Below are positions 25,161 to 37,137 of a stretch of DNA of 64,000 nt, one piece after another (positions within the stretch are counted from its first letter, which is position 1; every line of letters begins with the position of its first letter). The position numbers were made by a program, and so were the translations under genes. The notes beneath the pieces were generated by a model that was not told the origin of the DNA, did not search any database, and saw only the letters and a program-made list of their open reading frames with translations. The stretch comes from Mobula hypostoma (taxonomy: Eukaryota), in the NCBI RefSeq assembly GCF_963921235.1, contig NC_086097.1, positions 13,516,001 to 13,580,000 on the forward strand, in the 5' to 3' direction.

Positions 25161-25708
25161 AACCGCAAACATGAGGAATTCTGCAGATGCTGGAAATTCA
25201 AGCAACACACATCAAAGTTGCTGGTGAACGCAGCAGGCCAGGCAGCATCTCTAGGAAGAGGTACAGTCGATGTTTTGGGGGAGATCGAATGGGGTACGAG
25301 GGGGAGGTGGAGCATTAGTGGAAGTTACCCCATCCATTATTTATTTATTTATATACACACATTCTTTCTCTCTCTCTCCTTTTTCTCCCTCTGTCCCTCT
25401 GACTATACCCCTTGCCCATCTTCTGGGTTTCCCCCCCTCCCCCTTTTCCTTCTCCCTGGGCCTCCTGTCCCATGATCCTCTCGTATCCCTTTTGCCTACC
25501 ACCTGTCCAGCTCTTGGCTCCATCCCTCCCCCTCCTGTCTTCTCCTATCATTTTGGATCTCCCCCTCCCCCTCCCACTTTCAAATCTCTTAACAGCTCTT
25601 CCTTCAGTTAGTCCTGACGAAGGGTCTCAGCCTGAAACGTCGACTGTACCTCTTCCTAGAGATGGTGCCTGGACTGCTGCGTTCACCAGCAACTTTGATG
25701 TGTGTTGC
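25161..25708 (+). mobile_element. Penelope 3' end with inverted pLTR
   Basis: ~80-bp inverted repeats (25200-25278 and 25631-25710) around a pyrimidine-rich PLE 3' region; 12-bp TSD ttaatctgttat. Confidence 0.85.
25610..25645 (+). ncRNA. Minimal type-I hammerhead ribozyme motif
   Basis: agtc-CTGACGA-agggtctcagcct-GAAAC-GTC-gact: stem I agtc/gact, conserved CUGANGA and GAAA boxes, short stem II, GUC cleavage triplet. Confidence 0.7.
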
Positions 25709-25974
25709 TTAATCTGTTATTATTTTACGGTTAAAGAGAGGTAGCCAAGATGTAGTCTTGACAACTGGACTGAATTTGGAGGTGACACCTGGCTCTGTCA
25801 AGCACTTCTCCCTTCTCCCAGATGTTAGGAAAACAATATTATGAGTAGGTTCACTCCAGTTATTGGCTGTGTATAAAACTTTACGGTAAACTTGGCTTTT
25901 TATAAAATTATTCTAGCATAATAAAACTTGTTTCTTTACAGAAATGAATTAGCCCAGACATACTTTGTTGTTCC

Positions 25975-26155
25975 TTTCCATACCTTGAGGCGCAACGGGT
26001 GGCAACCTTGCCATTTTTTTAGCATCTTGGCCTGTATTACCAGATCGAGTTGCTAGCTCAACACTCAACCCAACACATATGAAAAGCATACAAAGGAGCC
26101 AGCTGGATTCGAACCCAGGACTGGTGCAGATGCTATCACACCACTGGCTGGCCCT
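25975..26155 (-). mobile_element. tRNA-derived SINE
   Basis: Minus strand tggtgtgatagc..ggttcgaatcc (A/B boxes); body gttgagtgttgagctagcaactcg is shared with 27865. Confidence 0.6.
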
Positions 26156-26289
26156 GATTTACTTGGAGAGAGCTTAAGATAATGACCAAAACGTCGGTCA
26201 AAAAAAAAGCTTTAAAGAACCAAGTTAAAGAAGGAAAAGAGAGAAAGAATAATAAGATGGCAAAACTTAAGGGCGAGAATTCTATACCT

Positions 26290-26430
26290 GACGGGCTCCT
26301 GATGAGTGGTCTTGGCCCAAAATATTGACTGCTCATTTCTTTCCACTGATACTGGCTGAACTGCTGGCTCTCTCTAACATCATATGCATATTGCTTAGGA
26401 TTTCCAGCATCTGCAGATTCTCTTGTGTCT
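26290..26430 (+). mobile_element. Penelope pLTR copy (decayed hammerhead motif)
   Basis: cctgatgagtggtcttggcccaaaatattgactg ... ttccagcatctgcaga. Confidence 0.55.
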
Positions 26431-27864
26431 GGAATTGAAGGGCTGAGGAGCTGAAAGCACTGCCTTCAGTCACGGAGCAACAGATATTGATGATATGCAA
26501 GGCCAGACGTGGAGGGTTTTTCCACTGAAAGAAAGCTAGGGAGGTCAGGAAGGATTTGAAAATCAAGGTGAAAAGTTTATATCTGGGACACTGTCAGTAT
26601 AAAAGCCAATTCAGGCTAGTAATTAGAGCAGTGAATAAGAGTGACTGTGAAGTAGGACACAGGCAACTAAACTTGGGAGAAAAAGCAAACAACAAGATGA
26701 AAAAAACACAGAAGGGGTTAAACGACTGAATAGCCACCTGTTGATGGTGACTTTACAAGCTGATACTGTGACCGCAAAGCAAACCACAAGGCATTTAATA
26801 GCTAATTTGAGTGGAACCTGTGAAGGACTGAAAGACACCAATGCGCTCGACACATTGTGTGAGAGAAGGCTTCAGTTAATTTCTGTACAAGCTGCCAGAA
26901 TCAGGCATGCACCAGTTATCAAACCACCAGTGCTTCCTGGAAGTGGGGAGCAGACGTAGGCCGTACATACCTGCTATCTAGTCTGTACTGCAGTACAGTA
27001 TGGCAGGCGAAGGCAAGACTGAGTTATCGACATTACATCAGATCTTAGAACTATTATCTCTTCTGACTGCATAACATATTGGCTTTGGGCCAAAGATACT
27101 GAGAAGCCCCAGACCGATATAAATGATTTATGCTGTTTTGCAACCCACTCTCAACTCTTCTGTCTCACTTTAGAGTCATAGAGTAATTTTATGAAGAGTA
27201 GTTGTTGATGCACCTATTCCAAAGAGATAATCAAAATAGAGTTCATGGCTAGTATGAGGGAGCAGTTGCGAATACGAGAGGGCCTAATTTGAAGGAGATC
27301 AAAGGAAAGCATGAGGGAGATATCAGAGGTAGGTTTTTACACAGAGAGTTGTAGGTACATGGAATGTGCTGTCAGGATTGGCAATAAAGACAGATATATT
27401 ACGGACATTGAAGAGACCCTTAGAAAGTGCATGGATGAGAGTAAAGTGGAGAATGATGTGTGAGGGAAGGGACAAAATGCACAGTAGTCACCGTGCAACG
27501 AATCACTGATGAGGCCCCCTATCTGTTTCACAACTGAGTTTCCATAATGATGGCCAGTCGACTGATTGGTAAGTATATAAAGGCCAAGCCTACAGAGGAC
27601 ACACCACAAGTGAACAGAACTTTGATGATGTCTCCTTGTATGGTGACGGAACCCTGGCAAATGGAGTGTCAAGATTGGAGAACAAATCAACCCAACCAGA
27701 GATAGCTCACTAGTAGGAAAAAGGTATTGTGAAGGAGCCACATGAGGAGATCAGTCTGCTTTGTTCGCTGTCTTCTCATATGCTTTTACCTTTGACCCCC
27801 AGGAGCCATTCAAATTTCTGATTATGGTAAAAGGGAATCGAAACTGTCAGAATTAGCAATGCTG

Positions 27865-28110
27865 GACTGGCTGGTGGTGCAACGACATCAACGCCGGACC
27901 TGGGAGCGGAGGTTCCCGGGTTCAAAACTAGTCGGGTCCGCCCCCGAGCACGCTTTCCATCCGTGCAGGGTTGAGTGTCGAGAACGCAAATCGACCTCAT
28001 AAAATAAAGGGAAAATACTCTGAAAAGGTCTGTGTGAGGAGTGGTGCGCCACACAGTCTCTCTCTCTCGCTCTGCGCCTTGGAAAAATTCATGAAAAATC
28101 CATCATCATG
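27865..28110 (+). mobile_element. tRNA-derived SINE (CpG-rich)
   Basis: tggtggtgcaacg A-box-like and cgggttcaaaac B-box-like; hairpin module gtctgtgtg..cacacag. Confidence 0.6.
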
Positions 28111-28686
28111 GATGCATGCACGGACATGCAGACGCGGACGCACAGACGCGCACCCACGCACGTGCGCGCACGGATTCGCACGCATGCACGCGCACAAAAA
28201 AAAAGAATTAGCAATACTAAATTATCTTTGTTGTTCACCTGTGGAAACATGCAGAATGCAAATAGATTCTCATTCTTCACTTCCACGGAATATTAACCCT
28301 ATGTGCAGTTGCTCAGAACTGCTTTGGAATATTATAAAAAATTTCTTCATTAATAAAATTAAGAATGCAAAATTAAGTGCTGGATTAAGCAGACTTAGAT
28401 GCAAGCCTTAAACTTATTCACTACTGTGAATTTTGGTTAACTACAGTTTATCTTGTTAATTCACATTTTGTTAATACTTCAAAGTTCAAAATTTAAGGTA
28501 AATTTATTATTGAAGTATGGATATATCACCATATACAACTCTGAGTTTCATTTTCTTGCGGGCATTCACAGTAGAACAAAGAAATACAGCAGAATAAATG
28601 CAAAATTACACACAAAGACTGACAGCAATCAACATGCAAAGGAAAACCAAGTGTGCAAATAAAAAAATGATCATAATAAATATAAG

Positions 28687-28785
28687 CAACACACAAAATG
28701 CTGGAGGGACTCAGCAGGTCAGGCAGCATCTATGGAAAAGCACAAACAGTTGACATTTCTGGCTGACACTTCTCATCAGGGATTC
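28687..28785 (-). mobile_element. Single Penelope pLTR insertion
   Basis: Minus strand cctgatga..gaaatgtcaactg; 12-bp TSD aataaatataag (28675-28686 and 28786-28797). Confidence 0.75.
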
Positions 28786-28799
28786 AATAAATATAAGGT

Positions 28800-30952
28800 C
28801 CATAGAAGATATGATCAACCCAACAAAGTAATGTAGAGTTTATAAATACACTAAAACAAAAGCTTAGTGCATACAAAGCCAGACTAAATAGATACAAGAA
28901 GCGCATGAAACATGCCAGACAAAGAAAACAGAATTATTGGTTTAGGAACAATGAAATAGGTTTCTACAAGGCATTGAAACGAAATTTGATGACCAAAATG
29001 TCATCAACCCTAGCACCGAATTACCAAAAAACACAGAGATAATAAACTTTTGGTCCCATATCTGATCAAATGATACACAATCTGGAAGCAAGTTGGATTA
29101 GGGAGGAAAGGGAATGCACTCACACAATTGTAAACATGCAAACATCTGAGGTTACAATGGATATGCTAAAAGCAGTTAGAAAAAATAACCACAACTGGAA
29201 AAGAGCTGACATTGATAATATTCATAATTATTGGTATAAAAATTTACCTGTCTTCATTCTTACCTATTAATCCATTTCAACAATTTTCTTAAAATCCAAA
29301 AAGTTCCCGAATTTTTGACAAAAGGTAAAACATATTTCTTACCTATAGGATAAATCACAAGTGACTCATCAAAACATCGTCTTATTATTTGCTTACACAC
29401 TATATATAAAATTGTAACATCGCCATTCACTTAGGAATGTATGATATACTTACAGAAGAGCAGAAAGGATGCTGTAAGTGTATGAAAGGATGTAAAGAAC
29501 AAATGATAATAGATTCTGTAATTCTAAATCAAGCCCGACAGAAAAGCAGAAATCTTTCATGTTGTTGTATTGGCTACCAAAAAGCATTTGATTCTGTCTC
29601 ACACTCATAGTTAATAGATGCTCTTAATATATATAAACTACACCCAATACCTGTGAAATTCCGACAACATATGATGAAACATTGGCATTCTATAATCATG
29701 CTATCTATTAGCAACCGAAAAAGAACAACCACCGTTATGAAAATAAACCAAGCCATTTTCAAACGTGTTCCTCTAAGCCCACTGTGGTTTTGGATAGCTT
29801 TAGACCCGCTTTCTAATATAGGGTATCAAATCAGAGACAACTAAATAAATAATGTCTTGACACACCTTCTATACATGAACAGTTTGAAAGTATACGCTCC
29901 TTCATCAGTGGATGATCATCATGGACGATTTCATCAGTAAAGCTAAAACAATTAATTCAAATAGTGGAACTATTTTCAAAAGATATAAAGCTGAACTTTA
30001 GATTAGATAAATGCAGAACATCAGACATAAGTAAGGTGCAACAGAGCTAACATAATGTAAAACAGAACAGTACCAAACAACACAACCGATGGATGAATGC
30101 GAAACATAAGTATCTGTGACATATACTAGCAAAGGAAATAGATGATAGTGCGATAAAGGGAAAACTTCTAAAAGAATTTACTTCAAGGCTTAAGAAGATA
30201 TGCCAAATAGAGCTCAATAATAAAAATATAGCAAAGACAATAAGAGCTTTTGCCATACACATATTAGCACATTCTTTTGGCATAATATCTTGGTCCGAAA
30301 CCGATCTGAACATTTACAAAGGAAAATAAGAACAGAAATGACAAATTTTAGAAAACACAATGTACACTCGAACACACTTAAGTAGATTAACACAACCTAG
30401 AACAGAAGGAGGAAGAAGAATAACAGATAATATATTTACACAACGGTCAGATAAAACATCGAAGGATATATTTTCATCAATGAAAACAGGATTCAGCACT
30501 CCTTGTAAGCATATGCAATTCTGGTAAGAGGTACACACCACTAAACTTAAATGAAAGCACAACCCAGAAAAGTGAAGAAATTATCACTACAGAAGAAAAA
30601 GTTAACCAATGGAAGAGCATCCATGGAAGACATCCCCATGATCTGAGCAGACCAAGTGTTGACAAGGAAGCGCTGAACACCTGCCTCAGATTTGAAGCCC
30701 TCTTCCCAGAAACAGAAAGGTTCCTTGTGGCAATATAGGACCAGGTGGTTAACACAAAATATTAACAACAATCTATAACAAAAGACCAACAAATTCAAAA
30801 CAGCAAATGCAGAAAATGCCAATAGAAACCAGAAACAATCCAACATATTACAGAATCCTGCAGCAGTTTAACTCAATCTGATTACTTACACAAGCTCGAT
30901 CAAGTGGAAAACATCATTCAGAAAATGTTGCTTTAAATATAAACTCATAAAA
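28800..30952 (+). mobile_element. R4/Dong (Rex6-like) non-LTR retrotransposon, decayed ORF
   Basis: DNIHNYWYK, EEQKGC..GCKEQMIID, IGYQKAFDSVSHS, LSPLWF, HLLYMNSLK (YMDDLK position), LDKCR, and CCHC knuckle KCRKCQ*KPETIQHITESC (~30805-30862). Confidence 0.8.
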
Positions 30953-31437
30953 GACTCTTGCACAGTACTGTTATAATTTTATGTATTGCACTATATTGCT
31001 GATGCCAAAAAAAGAATTGTGACATATGTGAGTGATGATAAACCTGATTCTGGTATGGGTCTCTATTGGAGACTGAGAATGGGAAAGGGGCAGGGAGAGG
31101 GGAATCATGGTTGGGAAAAGGGGAAGGGACCAGGAAGCACCAAAGAGACATTCTGTAATGATCAATAAGCCAATTGTTTGGAATCAAGTGACCTTGCCTG
31201 GTTTCTCACGGCTTGGTGTGTCAGCAACCACGCCAGCCCCATTGCTGGTACTCCTCTGCCACATGGTCCACACCCCTCCTGCGGCTCTCTAATTTCACCA
31301 TTCCCAACATCATTTGCTCCCGCCAGACTTACAAGTTTGCTCTCCACTACGTTGACAAGTACAGTACTGTGCAACTCTTACAGGCACACTAACTATATAT
31401 TTATGGTCTTATGGACTTTTGCACAGTACTGTAGTAA
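30953..31437 (+). repeat. Composite unit: MITE end + Rex1 3'UTR + unique core + full MITE
   Basis: Direct repeat gact(c/t)ttgcacagtactg at 30953-30970 and 31414-31431; core matches 53565-53938. Confidence 0.7.
31362..31431. mobile_element. 70-bp Tc1/mariner-type MITE
   Basis: TIR cagtactgtgca/tgcacagtactg flanked by TA on both sides. Confidence 0.75.
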
Positions 31438-32354
31438 ATAATTTGATAAATTTGGTTGAAAAGGTGCTGAAGAGATATGTTGAATGTTCCCTTTTCACTC
31501 CTTCCTTTTAAAATCAAGGAGGTTTAGAAATCCAAAGCAGGGTGTGCAATCTATTGCACCTTCTCACCAAACTGCTGCTACTTACAACCCTTAGGTGTCT
31601 CTAAGATGCCCTGTGTTGAGTGGTTGCACCTAACTCCTCAGCACTACGACCCATGTGATGCTTGCTGTCAGACTTCCAGCCACGCGAAAGGTGTGGCTAC
31701 ACTTGTGGGCTGCCTCCAGCGCATCCTTAGGTGTAAATGTTTCTTCCTGTGAATGGCACATTTCACTGCATGCTGTTGATCGGTATATCCGAAATGGAAC
31801 CTGAATACAGTCGTCACCCTTGTTGGCCACTTTTGATGCAACTTCGATGACAAATGGAATTTTAAATCTGCTTAGACACATTCAAAAGTCTTGCATTTCT
31901 ACTGTGGTTGCCCTGAGTCTCACCTTTCTCTTCCCTCCACTTTGGTCCTCCAGATGTCACCTATGCCCTTATCTCTCCCTAGCAGCAATAGCGAGTCATT
32001 ACTCGAATAGAATGAATTCCAATTTTTAACTACTTCAGAATACCAACTATTGACAGGACAATTTGGTACCACCCATCACTAGTACCAAATGTAAATATTA
32101 AAGCTAACCTGATCCAAGAAATTATATGCCTTCCTCGACCAGAAACAACACCTCAAAAACCTTTTGCATGCCTTTCATTTTAAAACACCATTTCTTTCAA
32201 CAACCAATGAGTGATGTCATGATGGATCAATTAATGCATTTATGAAAGTAATCTGTAAGGTAATATTCAAGCCTTATGCTCCCAGTTTTACTTAGAAGAA
32301 TTTGAGGAAAACAAAAATTCCAGCAATCGGAGAGAATCATTTGATTAAAAAGCT

Positions 32355-32616
32355 CCACCATGGACCATCCCAAGCCCAGCTGTGAAGGGAGGAGGGTTGG
32401 GCATAGGGCTAGCAAAACTTTCCCATAAAAACCCAGAGCTACAGAAACATCAGTTGTAGTTCCAGAGACCTTATCCCTGGGAGAGGAAATGATACACCAA
32501 TAATGTAGGCTATACATGAAGACAACTTGAAGGACAGGCCCGGATAGAAGACTCGGGCGAGCTGCTGTCGGCAGCCTATGCCCCAGTAGCGGTAATAAGC
32601 TTAAGTAAGTGAGTAA
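32355..32616 (+). mobile_element. Short RTE-like non-autonomous element
   Basis: gaggagggttgggcatagggctagcaa 5'-type motif joined to ggcagcctatgcccc and a (taag)n tail. Confidence 0.45.
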
Positions 32617-32999
32617 TTTGATCAAAATCCATTAATGATTTACTTCAAACTAGTATGTTGGCACAACACTGTGATTGCATGTTGCAACTTTGCCTCATTT
32701 CTTAAAATCCAAAAAAAAGAGACAAAAAACTAATCTATACAACAATGATACAAAGTCTTTAAAAAGATATACAAAGCCTAAAGCAGACCTGGGAATCTGG
32801 GACACTATACTATAGCTTTGAGGTCTTTATAGCCAAATTATGTGGAAGGGTCTAAACAGACTCCTACATAGATGATATCCACATGTCTCTCACAAAACAA
32901 AACAAATCCTTGAAGTATATCTGCAGAAGCTGTATGTAACAATTCAGCATGAATGGTTGCTGAGATACATGACTAAATGAGGAAAACTGATCCAGTATA

Positions 33000-35500
33000 A
33001 CCATTTCTGTCCCCCTTAACAATAAGTACTGCTGTCTGAGTACTGTTGGGGGGTACGGCCTACATGGGGGAAGCAACAGTGGCCGCACCTCTGCTGCAAA
33101 GTCTGGCCCTGTGGCTCAGAAGGGTAGGGAAAGGAAGAAGGCAGCAGTAATAGGGGACTCTACAGTTAGGGGGTCAGACAGGCGATTCTGTGGATGCAGG
33201 AAAGAAACACGGATGGTAGTTTGCCTCCCAGGTGCCAGGGTCTTTCTGATCGCGTCCACAATATCCTGAAGTGGGCAGGTGAACAGCCAGATGTCATGGT
33301 ACGTATTGGTACCAATGACATAGGTAGGAAAAGGGAGGAGGTCCTGAAAACAGACTACAGAGAGTTAGGAAGGAAGCTGAGAAGCAGGACCCCAAGGGTA
33401 GTAATCTCGGGATTACTGCCTGTGCCACACGACAGTGAGTGTAGGAATAGAGTGAGGTGGAGGATAAATGTGTGGCTGAGGAATTGAAGCAGCGGGCAGG
33501 AATTCAGAATTCTAGATCATTGGGACCTTTTTTGGGACAGGTGTGAACTGTACAAAAAGGACGGGTTGCACTTGAATCTGAGGGGGACCAATATCCTGAG
33601 AGGGAGGTTTGCTAAGGCTATTGGGGAGAGTTTAAACTAGAACTGCTGGGGGCTGGGAACTGAACTGAAGAGACGAAGGAAGGGGCAGTTGGTTCACAAG
33701 TAGAGAAAGCTTGGAGACAATGCAAGAGGGAAGATAGGCAGGTGATAGAGAAGGGATATGCTCAGACCGATGGTTTGAGAAGTGTCTATTTTAATGCAAG
33801 AAGCATTATGGATAAAGCAGCTGAGCTCAGAACGTGGATCAGTACTTGGAGCTATGATGTTGTGGCCATTACAGAGACATGGATGGCTCAGGGGCAGGAA
33901 TGGTTACTTAGTGTGCCAGGCTTTAGATGTTTCAGAAAGGACAGGGAAGGAGGTAAAAGAGGTGGGAACAAGGCGCTGCTGATCAGAGATAGTCTCATGG
34001 CTGCAGAAAAGGAGGAAGCAATGGAGAGATTGTCTACTGAGTCTCTGTGGGTGGAAGCTAGGAATAGGAAAGGATCAATAACTCTACTGGGTGTTTTTTA
34101 TGGACCACCCAGTAGTAACAGGGACATTGAGGAGCAGATAGGGAGACAGATTCTGGAAAGTTGTAATAATAACAGGGTTGTCATGGTGGGAGGTTTTAAT
34201 TTCCCAAATATTGATTGGCATCCCCCTAGAGCAAGGGGTTTAGATGGGATGGATTTTGTTAGGTGTGTTCAGGACGATTTCCTAACACAGTATATAGATA
34301 AGCCTACAAAAAGAGAGGCTGTACTTGATCTGGTATTGGGAAATGAACCTGGCCAGGTACCAGGTCTATCAATGTGAGAGCATTCTGGAGATAGTGATCA
34401 CAATTCTTTCTCCTTTACCATAGCATTGGTGAAGGATAGGAACAGACGAGTTAGGGAAACGTTAAACTGAAGTAAGCGGAAATATGAAGCTATCAGGCAG
34501 GAACTTGGAAGCATAAATTGGGAACAGATGTTCTCGGGGAAAGGTATGGCAGAAATCTGGCAAATGTTCAGGGGATATTTGTGTGGAGTTCTGTATTGGT
34601 ACGTTCCAATGAGACAGGGAAAGGATGATGGGGTACAGGAACTGTGGTGTACAAAGGCTGTTATAAATCTAGGCAAGAAGAAAAAAAGCTTATGAAAGGT
34701 TCAAAAAAGCTAGCTTAAGGCTAACAGGAAGGATCTCAAGAAAGAAATTAGGAGAGCCGGAAGGGGCCATGAGAAGTCCTTGGCAAGCATGATTAAAGAA
34801 AACACTAGGGCATTCTACAAGTACGTGAAGAGCAAGAGGATAAGACGTGAGAGAATAGGACCAATGAAGTGTGACAATGGAAAAGTGTGTATGGAACTAG
34901 ACGAGATAGCAGAGGTACTTCATGTATACTTTGCTTCAGTATTCACTACGGAGAAGTATCTTGGCAATTGTAAGGATGACTTACAGTGGATTGAAAAGCT
35001 TGAACATATAGACATTAAGAAAGAGGATGTGCTGGAGCTTTTGTGAAGTATCAAGTTGGATAAGTCTCCGGGACTGGACGAGATGTACCCTAGGCTAATG
35101 TGGGAAGCGAGGGAGGAGATTGCTGAACGGCAGGGGATGAGAGGTGTATAAAATGATGAGAGGCATTGATTGTGTGGATAGTCAGAGGCTTTTTCCCAGG
35201 GCTAAAATGACTAACATGAGAGGCCACAGTTTGAAGGTGCCTGGAAGAAGGTACAGAGGAGATGTCAGGGGTAAGCTTTTTTTATGCAGAGAGTGTTGAG
35301 TGCGTGGAATGGGCTGCCGGCAACGGTGGTAGAGGCGGATACGATAGGGTCTTTTAAGAGACTCCTGGATAGATACATGGAGCTTAGAAAAATAGAGGTC
35401 TATGGGAAGACTAGGTAAGTTCTAAAGTAAGTACATGTTCAGCACAGCATTGTATGCCCAAGGGGCTGTGTTGTGCTGTAGGTTTTCTATGTTTCTATTT
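33000..35500 (+). mobile_element. CR1 LINE with SGNH-esterase ORF1, APE endonuclease and deleted RT
   Basis: ORF1 VIGDSTVRG, IGTNDIG, DGLHLN; ORF2 YFNARS, VVAITETW, GFNFPNIDW, LDLVLGN; jumps at ~35130 from the pre-RT region to the ORF2 C-terminus; ttctatgt tail. Confidence 0.92.
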
Positions 35501-35569
35501 CATGGATATACATTTTAATGCTTTTCTTTCAACTAAGAGAAGGTTCTCACAGCTATCAATGAAATGTGT

Positions 35570-36172
35570 AGATAAAGTGGATATGGAGTGAATGTTTCCT
35601 ATAGAGGGAGGAGTCTAGGACCAGTGAGCACAGTCTCAGAATCCAAGGACATCCATTTAGAACAGAGATGTGGAGAAATTACTTTAGTCAGAGGGTGATA
35701 AATCTGTGGAATTTGTTGCCACCACCGGCTGTGGAGAGCAAGTCATTGGGTGCATTTAAGGCAGAGAGAGATAGGTTCTTGATTAGCCAGTGTATCAAAG
35801 GGTGTGGGGAGAAGGCAGGAGAATGTGGATAACTGGGAGAATTGTATCAGCCCATGATTGAATGCTGGAGCAGAATTGATGGGCCAAATGGCCTGCTTCT
35901 GCTCCTATATCTTGTGGTCTAATAGTCTTAATTTCTTTAGTCAGAGGGTGATGAATCTGTGGAATTCATTGCCACAGACAGCTGTCAAGGCCAAGTCACT
36001 GGGTATATCTAACGTGGAGATTAATAGATTCTGGATTAGTTAGGGTGTCAAAGGTTATGGGATGAAGACAGGAGAATGGGGTTGAGTGGATAATAAGTCG
36101 GCCACGATGGAATGGTGGAGTAAACTCGATGGACTGAATGGACTTATTTTGCTCCTATGTCTTATAGTCTAA
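35570..36172 (+). mobile_element. Two tandem CR1 3' ends
   Basis: ctttagtcagagggtgat..aatctgtggaatt occurs twice, each followed by a CR1 3'UTR. Confidence 0.8.
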
Positions 36173-36428
36173 TAAGGATTATCTGAAATAATAAGATGAT
36201 TTGACAAACGTGAAATCTAATTTTGGTTAAAAATGATCTCCTTCTTTCCATGTTACTGGCATACCTCCAATAACACCATAATTGACTTCAAGTTAAGAGT
36301 TTTCTTTGAAGTTCCACAAAATATAAGTGATTATCAAGGTGACCAAGCCAAGACTGATCAATGACAATGCAGATCGGGTCTTGCTATTCATAGTGCAAGG
36401 CCTGTTGGATCATTAACAGAGTAGGGCA

Positions 36429-36698
36429 AGACAGGACAATCACAGTGTATCGCTAAGACAAGCCAATCATAATACATTGCCTAGACAGGCCAATCATAAT
36501 GCATTGCCATGACAGGCCAATTACAATACATTGCCAAGATAGGCTAATCATAATGCATTGTCAGGACAGGCCAATCACAACGTACTGCCAAGACAGGCCA
36601 ATCACACCATACTGTCAAGACAGGCCAATCACACTGTATTGCCAGGACAGACTAATTACAATGCACTGTCAAGAGTAGCCAATCACAATGCAGTGCCA
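36429..36698. repeat. 27-bp minisatellite, 10 copies, CCAAT-containing
   Basis: Consensus ~agacaggccaatcacaatgcattgcca; units in exact 27-bp phase from 36429. Confidence 0.9.
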
Positions 36699-37137
36699 CG
36701 TCTGTCCAATCAAAGTGCATGCTTATTCAGGTCATTCACAGAGCAGAGTAAGACTTTTAGCTCCAAGGCTGCACTTCAATCCTTTCGTGAAAGCTTTTTG
36801 TAAATTAAAAAAAGAACAAAGCAATTGCTGTGTCAATGCATTTGCATTGTAAACGCAAAGCAAATGCAAAACAAAGCATTGTCAGCAGCAAACAATAACA
36901 TGTTTTTGGATAATGCATGGTCAAAACAGCAGCCAATGACAATCCTATTCCAAAGTGGATAGAGGGTGATTGGATAAGTTATCTATCAGGCCTGAGGACT
37001 AGATTGGTAATACATTGCTGCGGTACAAATGAAACACACTATCATTTAAATCCTTCGCTCTCTACCTTTATCTAGTGAAATTGCTCTGGCCTTATTTTGA
37101 GAAGTCATTTGTTCTATGTCTGTAAATTGTTTTTATT

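Noticed and set aside
27500..27600. ctgatgag as a hammerhead, and gattgg + tatataaa as a promoter
   Set aside because: There is no GAAA box or closing stems; the CCAAT-TATA spacing is only ~5 nt and no downstream gene is evident
36429..36698. CRISPR-like array, or a repeat protein (ORF 36558-36803, RQANH repeats)
   Set aside because: Units are contiguous with no unique spacers, there are no cas genes, and the context is eukaryotic; earlier units contain in-frame stops, so the ORF is a by-product of the 27-bp period
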